Below, one piece after another: positions 39,065 to 50,082 of a stretch of 59,121 nt of DNA; the first letter of the stretch is position 1; every line of letters begins with the position of its first letter. A program made the translations under genes and the position numbers. This DNA comes from Euryarchaeota archaeon UBA346 (GTDB lineage Archaea; Thermoplasmatota; E2; DHVEG-1): the NCBI GenBank assembly GCA_002496355.1, contig DAJP01000050.1, positions 1,810 through 60,930 of the forward strand, written 5' to 3'. The notes below the pieces were generated by a model, which was given only the letters and a program-made list of their open reading frames with translations, did no database searches and was not told where the DNA came from.

Positions 39065-39655
39065 ATAGTCACCATAGGGGTCTTATCACTTCAAGGAGCG
39101 GTATCTGAGCATCTCACCTCCATGAACCGTGTTTTTCAAGAAGATAAAAAAAAAGGGAAAGCTATCCTAGTGCGTCAATCAAAAGATATTGATTCCTGTG
39201 ATGCATTGATCATCCCCGGGGGAGAAAGCACCACTATCTCCCGTATTTTGGTCAACTCCGGGATGTATGATGTGATCCGCGAACGGATGAACAACCAGGA
39301 CATCGCCCTGATGGGAACCTGCGCGGGATGCGTCCTACTTGCCAAGGAACTCACCGATACAAAGGCGGATGTCAAACTCCTAGAAGCAATCGACATGCTG
39401 GTGGAGCGCAATGCTTTTGGTAGGCAAAAAGAATCATTTGAACAATCAGTCCAGATAAAAGGATTGACCAACTCCTATCATGCCGTGTTTATCCGAGCGC
39501 CGATTATAACAAAAACATGGGGGGATTGTGAGATACTTTCAAAAGCTGGAAAAGAAATAGTCATGGCCAGGCAGAAAAGCTACCTGGCGCTATCGTTTCA
39601 TCCTGAATTGACTGATGACCTCAGGATTCATCGATTTTTTTTAGAGATGCTATAG
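39065..39655 (+). CDS. pdxT: Pyridoxal 5'-phosphate synthase glutaminase subunit PdxT (non-canonical start)
   Basis: The ORF track starts at the ATG at 39122, but the frame is open upstream and encodes IVTIGVLSLQGAVSEHLTS. This aligns with the PdxT N-terminus (B. subtilis MLTIGVLGLQGAVREH as I recall it). The only candidate starts are ATA at 39065 and CTG at 39056. Catalytic GTCAGC and FHPE are present. Confidence 0.85.
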   Translation: MVTIGVLSLQGAVSEHLTSMNRVFQEDKKKGKAILVRQSKDIDSCDALIIPGGESTTISRILVNSGMYDVIRERMNNQDIALMGTCAGCVLLAKELTDTKADVKLLEAIDMLVERNAFGRQKESFEQSVQIKGLTNSYHAVFIRAPIITKTWGDCEILSKAGKEIVMARQKSYLALSFHPELTDDLRIHRFFLEML

Positions 39656-39970
39656 CTATGCTTTCATGATAGCAAGCAGGAAGATGCCAAGAGCGATCAG
39701 CGCTCCAACAACAGCACCGATAACTGCGATGATCCCATTCACTATCGTCCCTGAAAAGTTCAACAGGTCTATTGGTGCACCCATGAAACCTAACAGGTTC
39801 GCGCCCCAAAGGAAGATGACTCCAACGATAAGGCCGATAATGATTAAAATCGCTCCAACTGCTCTGCTTTTACCAGAGCCGAAATAAGCGGTAAAAATTC
39901 CTGCGATTACACTTGCTATTGCAAACACCAGCGTCATCATGCTTAGAAAATATTGTACTAATCCTTCCAT
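39656..39970 (-). CDS. Small hypothetical membrane protein (3-4 TM helices, G/A/I-rich)
   Basis: 104-aa, highly hydrophobic ORF. Its stop abuts the convergent pdxT stop. No family recognised. Confidence 0.45.
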   Translation of the reverse strand: MEGLVQYFLSMMTLVFAIASVIAGIFTAYFGSGKSRAVGAILIIIGLIVGVIFLWGANLLGFMGAPIDLLNFSGTIVNGIIAVIGAVVGALIALGIFLLAIMKA

Positions 39971-39983
39971 TTTTTTTCACTCC

Positions 39984-40217
39984 TTAAAACTTCGTTCCCG
40001 TTAGCGTTTTTGTATCGATTACCCCTTCGATGGTTCTGATTTTGTTTACCACAATGTCTCCGAGGCTTTCGAAGTCATCCGCTTCTATTTTCGCGATGAG
40101 ATCGTATTCTCCAAATAACGGATGGAGTTCTATAATCTGTGGTACCTTTGAGAGTTTGTTGTAGACCTCATGTTCATGTGCGGGAGCGGCACTTATCAGG
40201 ACAAACCCAATTGCCAT
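39984..40217 (-). CDS. Stand-alone Lrp/AsnC-type ligand-binding (RAM) domain protein
   Basis: 77 aa. MAIGFVLISAAPAHEHEVYNKLSKVPQIIELHPLFGEYDLIAKIEADDFESLGDIV matches the AsnC C-terminal domain pattern with no HTH. Confidence 0.8.
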   Translation of the reverse strand: MAIGFVLISAAPAHEHEVYNKLSKVPQIIELHPLFGEYDLIAKIEADDFESLGDIVVNKIRTIEGVIDTKTLTGTKF

Positions 40218-40367
40218 AGATTTTACCTTCCTCGCTCACCGTTATAATGTCATTGGATATAAGTCTTACGTTATGTATTAATTCGCTTCTATCTTAAAAA
40301 AGGTGTTTTCCTTTTGCAGCATCTCGGTTGTTTTCAAGTGAGATTTGTTGAGCGGTATGTGTTCCTC

Positions 40368-40571
40368 TTACCTGTTTTTACTTTGAGACATCTGAATGAA
40401 ATTCTCTCTGCTGCGGTCATAGGTCCGTTCAACAGTATCGGAAAAGAAACATGCGGGCAGTTCGTCTCTATTTCGATGATAGTTGAGACAGTCACAACAT
40501 ATCCCCTTCCTACTGCAAGGATAGCTACAATTGCATACGTTTTTGTTTTTTTGTACTTTGCATTCAGTCAT
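40368..40571 (-). CDS. Small Cys-rich protein (DUF6485-like)
   Basis: 67 aa with [29 protein letters not shown]. The start lies 2 nt after the ligA stop on the same strand. Confidence 0.55.
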   Translation of the reverse strand: MTECKVQKNKNVCNCSYPCSRKGICCDCLNYHRNRDELPACFFSDTVERTYDRSRENFIQMSQSKNR

Positions 40572-40573
40572 AG

Positions 40574-44279
<3,706 letters not shown>

Positions 44280-44295
44280 AGCACCTCATCTCTGT

Positions 44296-44940
44296 TCATT
44301 GAAGATGGACGATTATTTCAACGGCATCGCCATCATGCAACCCTAGCGTCTGACGTAAGTTATCCGGGGAGATACATTCTAGGATTGTCGCATAATGGCT
44401 CCGTTTCGGTAGCACGATCGCCCCTTTCCTTCCACTGATGGTCGCTTTAAAGCAGATCACACCACCGAATGTTCGATTCTCCGCCTGGAACTCCTCTATT
44501 TCGATGCCGCCATAGCTGCGCAGCAAACGTATCTTGTTTCGTTCAATGTATTCGATCTCCACATTCAAGGTTCCCGGGTAGGCGACAAATCCGAGTCGTT
44601 TCTCAAACTGATCCGCGTACCCTTTGTGCCCCGTGTAATATTTTCCCTCACCCATCCCGGACACCAGCTTGCCTTTGAAGACGACTTTGTTCGTCAAATC
44701 AAAGATCTGTTTATACGAAAGGTATTCGGCTTCCAATGCTTCTGACCCATGGCCTGTAATCTGAATCAACTGTTTTTTCACCCCAAGCTCCCGGGTGATC
44801 ATCTCCTGCGTGTCTAATTCAAGGAGGTACCGCGAAGCGGTCTGCTGGCTGGTCTGTAACTGATCTGCCAGCTCATGGGAGGATAACTCTATCTTGTTAT
44901 GGACTGCCCCAAGCAACGCAAGTTCCTTGAGAGTCTGCAT
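44296..44940 (-). CDS. ribK: wHTH-fused CTP-dependent riboflavin kinase (RbkR-type archaeal RibK)
   Basis: The likely start is the ATG at 44940 (MQTLKELALLGAV...). N-terminal wHTH (SSHELADQLQTSQQTASRYLLELD). The C-terminal archaeal riboflavin kinase core has GKLVSGMGEGKYY, PGTLNVEI and GGVICF. The upstream 74 codons of the listed ORF overlap the next gene and look non-coding. Confidence 0.8.
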   Translation of the reverse strand: MQTLKELALLGAVHNKIELSSHELADQLQTSQQTASRYLLELDTQEMITRELGVKKQLIQITGHGSEALEAEYLSYKQIFDLTNKVVFKGKLVSGMGEGKYYTGHKGYADQFEKRLGFVAYPGTLNVEIEYIERNKIRLLRSYGGIEIEEFQAENRTFGGVICFKATISGRKGAIVLPKRSHYATILECISPDNLRQTLGLHDGDAVEIIVHLQ

Positions 44941-44980
44941 CAAATAGGGTTTCAACGGGTTTTTTTCTGTCCCCGGTCGT

Positions 44981-45208
44981 TTATTTTCCGATTGTTTCAA
45001 CAAGTTTTTTCCCTTCATCCGTAAAAACGTATGTGTTCCCTTTCTTCTCAACAATACCTCCGGTGATAAACTCATCGATGATGCGTTGAGCCACTCGGGG
45101 AATGATACGATTTTTTTTGGCAATGCGGGAAAGATTGGTTTCCCCTGCGACGAGCTCATCAAAGATTACTCGTCTGAACTTATTTGCAAGTATGAATCCT
45201 TCATCCAT
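44981..45208 (-). CDS. Small winged-helix DNA-binding protein
   Basis: 75 aa. NKFRRVIFDELVAGETNLSRIAKKNRIIPRVAQRIIDEFITGGIVEKKGNTYVFTDEGKKL is a typical compact archaeal wHTH. Confidence 0.6.
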   Translation of the reverse strand: MDEGFILANKFRRVIFDELVAGETNLSRIAKKNRIIPRVAQRIIDEFITGGIVEKKGNTYVFTDEGKKLVETIGK

Positions 45209-45258
45209 TCGTATCCAACAGCTTAATTTAGAGGTATCACATAAACCTTTTCAAACTT

Positions 45259-46218
45259 ATGTTTAGAAACATCCCACCAATACTCAATGCAAAACAGCTC
45301 TTAGACCAGTCGATTCGTCGAACAAAAAAAATCCAGATTCATGATCGCGATAAACGTTATGAAATAAAAAAAATTGTGATCGCACGCACTGAAGCATTCA
45401 TTAACGATCTTCTCGTCCACCTAGAGTCTTATGTGAAAAACTTTCCATCGTTAGATAGATTGCCCTTGTTTTATCAGGAGATCATAGACATTAAGATTGA
45501 TACAAATAAACTGAAGAAATCATTAGGTGCGATTGACTGGGCTCGAAAAACAGTAGAAATGGTCTACCAGACACAGAGCAGTTCTTTGACCAAATCAGGC
45601 AATGTCGAGTTCCTGAAACAAAAACAAAAAGAAATCTATGGTCGTGTATCATCTATCGTTAAGCAAGTAGATAAAAATCTTGTTTTCCTCGCCAATGCAC
45701 AAAAAATCTTACGAGCATTTCCCGATATTGAGGATGTCCCAACAGTGGTGATCGCTGGGTATCCTAACGTGGGAAAATCTTCACTCATCAGACAACTCTC
45801 CGCTGCAAAACCCGAGGTTGCACAATACCCGTTTACGACAAAACAAATTTTCGTCGGCCATATGGAAAAAAAGATACGATATGAAAAAAAACGATATCAG
45901 ATTATTGACACCCCCGGTCTGCTGGACCGTCCTCTTTCAGAGCGGAATAATATCGAGCGACAGGCGATAGCCGCATTACGTCATCTTGCTGACCTTGTCG
46001 TTTTTATCTTCGACCCGTCGGAGACCAGTGGATATCAGATGACTGAGCAGCAGCTTATGCTTGTAAACATCCAGAAGCTGTTCAACGATATCCCCTTCCT
46101 CATCGTCGAAAACAAAGTCGACATAAAAGACACTGGTTCAGCCAATCGGAAGATATCCTGTATGACTGGAGCGGGAATTGAGGAACTGCGAAAAGAAATC
46201 TTCTCCCTTCTTAATTAA
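45259..46218 (+). CDS. NOG1-family GTPase (archaeal COG1084 type)
   Basis: NOG1-like N-terminal helical domain. G1 is IAGYPNVGKSSLI, G2 is YPFTT, G3 is IDTPGLLDR and G4 is ENKVD. Confidence 0.85.
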   Translation: MFRNIPPILNAKQLLDQSIRRTKKIQIHDRDKRYEIKKIVIARTEAFINDLLVHLESYVKNFPSLDRLPLFYQEIIDIKIDTNKLKKSLGAIDWARKTVEMVYQTQSSSLTKSGNVEFLKQKQKEIYGRVSSIVKQVDKNLVFLANAQKILRAFPDIEDVPTVVIAGYPNVGKSSLIRQLSAAKPEVAQYPFTTKQIFVGHMEKKIRYEKKRYQIIDTPGLLDRPLSERNNIERQAIAALRHLADLVVFIFDPSETSGYQMTEQQLMLVNIQKLFNDIPFLIVENKVDIKDTGSANRKISCMTGAGIEELRKEIFSLLN

Positions 46219-46439
46219 AAGGATTCTTTCGTAGGTGCATATCCTTGTACATGTTCATCTGCGAAAAATGCTCATAAAAAGACCATGTGATATCCTTTCC
46301 AACGACAATTAGGAAAGGAAGATCTTAGATTTTTTATACCCTCTTTTCCCCCCTCTATTCTTCCTTCCTATTGTTAGTTTTTTAAAAAAATTTTCTCATG
46401 AACATCGAAAAGACAAATTTAAAAGAATTATTATGATGG

Positions 46440-46775
46440 TTATCGTCGGGTCTTCATGGTCTGGATGATTTCCTTACCAAAATCAGTGACTCCGTAGAGC
46501 CGAACGTTCTTCCCACCGGATCGCTCTTCGACCATATTCAAACCAATGAGACTTTCTTCCTCACGATACCGTGTTTCGATCCCGCGTAACGCCCCAATGA
46601 CATTTGAAGACGTCGCACCAATACTATACGCAATTTCAGAGGTATAACTGCAGTTCGGGCTGATCTCAACAAGGTATTCTGTCACTTTGCGTCGAATGTT
46701 GCTGCGTCGAAGTGCCCGTATCGCAACCGATCGTTTAATCTCGATAGAGCGGTCTATCGTTGTTTGTTCTAGCAT
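46440..46775 (-). CDS. Hypothetical winged-helix DNA-binding protein
   Basis: 111 aa. RRKVTEYLVEISPNCSYTSEIAYSIGATSSNVIGALRG followed by a beta-wing-like LNMVEERSGGKNVRLYGVTDFGKE. Confidence 0.5.
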   Translation of the reverse strand: MLEQTTIDRSIEIKRSVAIRALRRSNIRRKVTEYLVEISPNCSYTSEIAYSIGATSSNVIGALRGIETRYREEESLIGLNMVEERSGGKNVRLYGVTDFGKEIIQTMKTRR

Positions 46776-47223
46776 CCCATCGTACCCACTAAAAAAACGA
46801 ATAGGACCTCTTTTAATAAAGTATTCGCTACCGGATACCTCGCTACATATGCACTTGCACTACTGCTTGCATCATCACCTCAGCATCCCGGTATTTATGC
46901 AGGTGCTCGGTAATGGAAAAAAATAACGACTGTTTCAGGTGGACTTTCTTCGGGAGAAAAACAAATGATTTTCTTCATTGGATAAAATCAAAAAAAACCT
47001 CTCGCAAATGAAATAATGTCGTATTTATAGGAGATGCACGATTATAATCATGAATAAGAAATCAAATCAAAAAAAATATGTCTGTTTCATCATAAGTACC
47101 ATATTAATAATAACAATCCTCTCAGAGATGGCCCAGAGCCGTAAGAGCTGTTGAAACAAAAAATACCGGTGTCTCACAAACATTTAAATAAGTAAGGAGA
47201 ATTAATTTTGATATAGGGGAATC

Positions 47224-48798
47224 ATGTTGATCCGGAACGGATTCGCAATCGGTATTATCCTACTGTATATTATTTCCACGGTCACTCCGATAATCGCAGA
47301 AAAACAAGGTACTGGAGCATTTCCAAACGTCCCCGCTCTCAATACATACGAAAATAGCGCAACAGAACCAGGTCTCATTCTTTATACTCCTATGCTATCG
47401 ACAAATACCTATCTTGTAAACCGAGATGGGACCGTGCTTACTAATTGGCAGAGCAATTATTTCCCAGGATTGTCCGCGTATCTTCTCCCGAATGGAAACC
47501 TTCTCAGACCAAAGAGACTGAATTTCGAACCAGGCGCCAGCGGTGGGATACAAGAATTCTCCCCGGATGGTACCCTCATCTGGGATTACACGTACTATTC
47601 CTATGGAGAATACATGACACATCATGATGTCAAACCCTTACCAAACGGAAACGTACTAGCTTTATCCCATATTTCTCTGTCTTATTCAGAGCTTGTGACA
47701 TTCGGGCGGAACCCCAGTAACGTTCTTCCTGGAGGAATGAAACTAGAAAAAATACTAGAAATCAAACCAACTGGACCTACAAGCGGTGATATCGTCTGGG
47801 AGTGGTGTTCAGCAGATCATCTCATACAAGATTTTGATCCGACCAAATTAAACTACGGGGTAGTCGGAGACCATCCTGAGTTAATCGATATTAATTACTA
47901 TGACGGGTTAGACGAGGACCTCTTCCATTGTAACTCCATTGACTACAATCAGGAACTCGACAAAATCCTAATCAGTTGCAGGAACTTCAATGAACTATGG
48001 ATCATCAACCATTCCACGGGAGATCTCATCTATCGATGGGGAAACCCAGAAACATACCGTGCAGACGGGGAACAAGAGCTGTTCTGGCAGCATGATGCGA
48101 CCTGGATAAAACCTGATTATCCTGGTGCGGGTCATTTATTGGTCTTCAATAACGGGGTCGGTAGAGGGTTTTCGTCTGTCGATGAAATAGACACCTCGGT
48201 AGGAACTATCGTTTGGAGTTATACACATCAAAATTTCCTGTCAGCCATGTACTGTGGAGCAGCTCGACTCCAATCAGGAAACACTCTCATTTGTGATAGC
48301 GATTATGGCACTTTCTTTGAAGTAACCCCTGATGGAACAACCGTCTGGCAATACCAGGCCCAAGATTACAATGGAAAAGTCTTCAAAATTGATTACATAC
48401 TACCAAATGAAAATCAAGTCGATTGCATCGGTTCTCTATCATGGAATGATATTGAACCGAATTCTACCGTCACTGGTTCTTTCATCATACGCAATAAAGG
48501 ACAAACACCACTCGTATGGAATATCTCAGAATACCCTGAATGGGGAACCTGGGGGTTTAGTGCCTCCGGTGGTATCGTTGGAGAAGAAGTCAACATAACC
48601 GTTACCGTGGTCGTTCCAACCCAGGAGGACGCTGAATTTGAAGGTTTCATAAAAGTGATAAGCCACGACAACCAAGAGGATTATGATATCGTTCCAATTT
48701 ATTTACAAACACCACTGAAAATACAAAGTGAACCATCTACCGTGGTTATTAAATCACACATCCCTTACTTTATTTTGAGAAATAAGATCTGCCGATAA
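47224..48798 (+). CDS. Secreted arylsulfotransferase-like (ASST family) beta-propeller protein with C-terminal Ig-like domain
   Basis: Signal/anchor GFAIGIILLYIISTVTPIIA. Family-like blocks HHDVKPLPNGNVLAL, HCNSIDYNQELDKILISCRNFNELWIINH and LVFNNG. Confidence 0.6.
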   Translation: MLIRNGFAIGIILLYIISTVTPIIAEKQGTGAFPNVPALNTYENSATEPGLILYTPMLSTNTYLVNRDGTVLTNWQSNYFPGLSAYLLPNGNLLRPKRLNFEPGASGGIQEFSPDGTLIWDYTYYSYGEYMTHHDVKPLPNGNVLALSHISLSYSELVTFGRNPSNVLPGGMKLEKILEIKPTGPTSGDIVWEWCSADHLIQDFDPTKLNYGVVGDHPELIDINYYDGLDEDLFHCNSIDYNQELDKILISCRNFNELWIINHSTGDLIYRWGNPETYRADGEQELFWQHDATWIKPDYPGAGHLLVFNNGVGRGFSSVDEIDTSVGTIVWSYTHQNFLSAMYCGAARLQSGNTLICDSDYGTFFEVTPDGTTVWQYQAQDYNGKVFKIDYILPNENQVDCIGSLSWNDIEPNSTVTGSFIIRNKGQTPLVWNISEYPEWGTWGFSASGGIVGEEVNITVTVVVPTQEDAEFEGFIKVISHDNQEDYDIVPIYLQTPLKIQSEPSTVVIKSHIPYFILRNKICR

Positions 48799-48827
48799 CT
48801 ATTCAAACCAGCCATACTGATGGTGAG

Positions 48828-48900
48828 TGCGGGCGCCGGGATTTGAACCCGAGTTTTAAGCTTGGCAAGCTTAAGTGATACCAGACTACACTACACCCGC
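48828..48900 (-). tRNA. tRNA-Gly (anticodon GCC)
   Basis: The reverse complement GCGGGTGTAGTGTAGTCTGGTATCACTTAAGCTTGCCAAGCTTAAAACTCGGGTTCAAATCCCGGCGCCCGCA folds as a cloverleaf. The 7-bp acceptor is GCGGGTG/CGCCCGC with one G-U pair. The anticodon stem is TAAGC/GCTTA with loop TTGCCAA. The T-loop is GGGTTCAAATCCC. There is no intron and CCA is not encoded. Confidence 0.9.
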
Positions 48901-49026
48901 GTATCCTGATAGTCGAGACACAGAAGCAATCATCCCTTAAAAAGTATTACGCTGGATTACCCATCATTACAATCCCCATTTTTTCCAGCATAATCTATAA
49001 ATATTGGAGAAACTATATAATTACTG

Positions 49027-50082
49027 TTGGTGAATGGAATAATGGCACCTAGGAAACGAATGATCAGTGTTCTTTCGGTTGTTCTCTTCTGTACGATTTT
49101 ATCATCCCTATCCGCAAACGGGTCTCTTTTGACACTTCACCATCAGACGTCATCCATTGATGACATCACCTTACATGATGACGCGTTCCATGGCCGAGGC
49201 AATCTTCCATTCATTGAATGGTGGTATTTTGATGCAAAACTTGACAACGGTTACTCACTTGTTCTTGGTGTACAAGTCCTCAATATCTTTGCAAGGGGGA
49301 TTGTCACCACCAGACTCACCCTGTATGATAAAGAATCAGTCTTACTCAAAAACTATGAGAAATATTTTCTCAGGGATTTATCTGCTTCCTCTGACATCCC
49401 CTCGGTGTACATCGAAGGTAACCAAGTCATTCTTGGTTCTTATGATGCTGTAAATGATCGCTTTGTCTATAACGTAAACATACAGAACCCAGAAAGTTCC
49501 GTTTCTTTACAATTTGTTGGATGTACAAAAGGCTGGAAACGACAGCAGCAAACAGGCGACTGGTGGGCGGTAATCCTCCCCCGAGCAAACGTGACCGGGA
49601 CTATCACCATTAATAACACAACCATGAATGTAAATGGAACCGGGTATCATGATCACAACTGGGGGATCGGTGCAAGGGTCGCCATGCATTTCGGATGGTT
49701 CTGGGGAACCTGCAGCTCAACGAACTACACGGTCACCTGGGCTGAGATACAAACAACACGGTTGACACAGATTCCAATAATGGTCCTGAACACAAAAAAT
49801 GGTGGTTATCTTGAAATACCCTCAGACACCATATGGTTCTCAACAGAAAATATCTCCTTTGATCATTTCAGACGCGTCCCCTGGTTCTTCAGCATAGAGA
49901 CGGTCACCGAGCATGTTTTCCTGATCATCGATATGGAGGTCATCAGCGTCGATCATACCGATATGTTCGGATTCATCAAATACTGGCGGTACCATGTCCG
50001 ATGCTCAGGGACAATCGTCGTCGATGGTCATATGGAGACCGTGGATGGGATCTCCATCATGGAGTATCTGAGGTTCCGATAG
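49027..50082 (+). CDS. Secreted CrtC/AttH-superfamily (carotenoid 1,2-hydratase-like) protein
   Basis: Signal-like MISVLSVVLFCTILSSLSA. LPFIEWWYFDAKLDNGYSLVLG and GTGYHDHNWG resemble the hydroxyneurosporene-synthase/AttH lipocalin-like family. Confidence 0.5.
   Translation: MVNGIMAPRKRMISVLSVVLFCTILSSLSANGSLLTLHHQTSSIDDITLHDDAFHGRGNLPFIEWWYFDAKLDNGYSLVLGVQVLNIFARGIVTTRLTLYDKESVLLKNYEKYFLRDLSASSDIPSVYIEGNQVILGSYDAVNDRFVYNVNIQNPESSVSLQFVGCTKGWKRQQQTGDWWAVILPRANVTGTITINNTTMNVNGTGYHDHNWGIGARVAMHFGWFWGTCSSTNYTVTWAEIQTTRLTQIPIMVLNTKNGGYLEIPSDTIWFSTENISFDHFRRVPWFFSIETVTEHVFLIIDMEVISVDHTDMFGFIKYWRYHVRCSGTIVVDGHMETVDGISIMEYLRFR

Noticed and set aside
39065-39067. Possibility that ATA is reassigned to Met, as in the mitochondrial genetic code, which would explain the three ATA starts
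   Set aside because: Internal ATA codons align with conserved Ile positions (for example the ATA in T-I-G-V-L of pdxT and in W-I-G-I-D of tiaS). The genome also encodes TiaS, the AUA-as-Ile decoding enzyme. Near-cognate initiation or sequence error are the remaining explanations.
44941-45162. 74-codon N-terminal extension of the riboflavin-kinase ORF (MMSSSQGKPIF...)
   Set aside because: It overlaps the convincing 75-aa wHTH gene in another frame and has no family resemblance. The wHTH-RibK protein begins naturally at the ATG at 44940.
46296-46330. 7-bp hairpin CCTTTCC/GGAAAGG followed by a short T-run downstream of the NOG1-type GTPase gene
   Set aside because: It is plausible as a terminator, but it lies about 80 nt after the stop and the stem is short. 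I did not list it as a feature.
48821-48827. ACCA a few bases past the tRNA-Gly 3' end, which might be read as an encoded CCA tail
   Set aside because: After the discriminator A the sequence is CTCACCA. The CCA is not contiguous with position 73, so the tail is added post-transcriptionally, consistent with the cca gene in the window.
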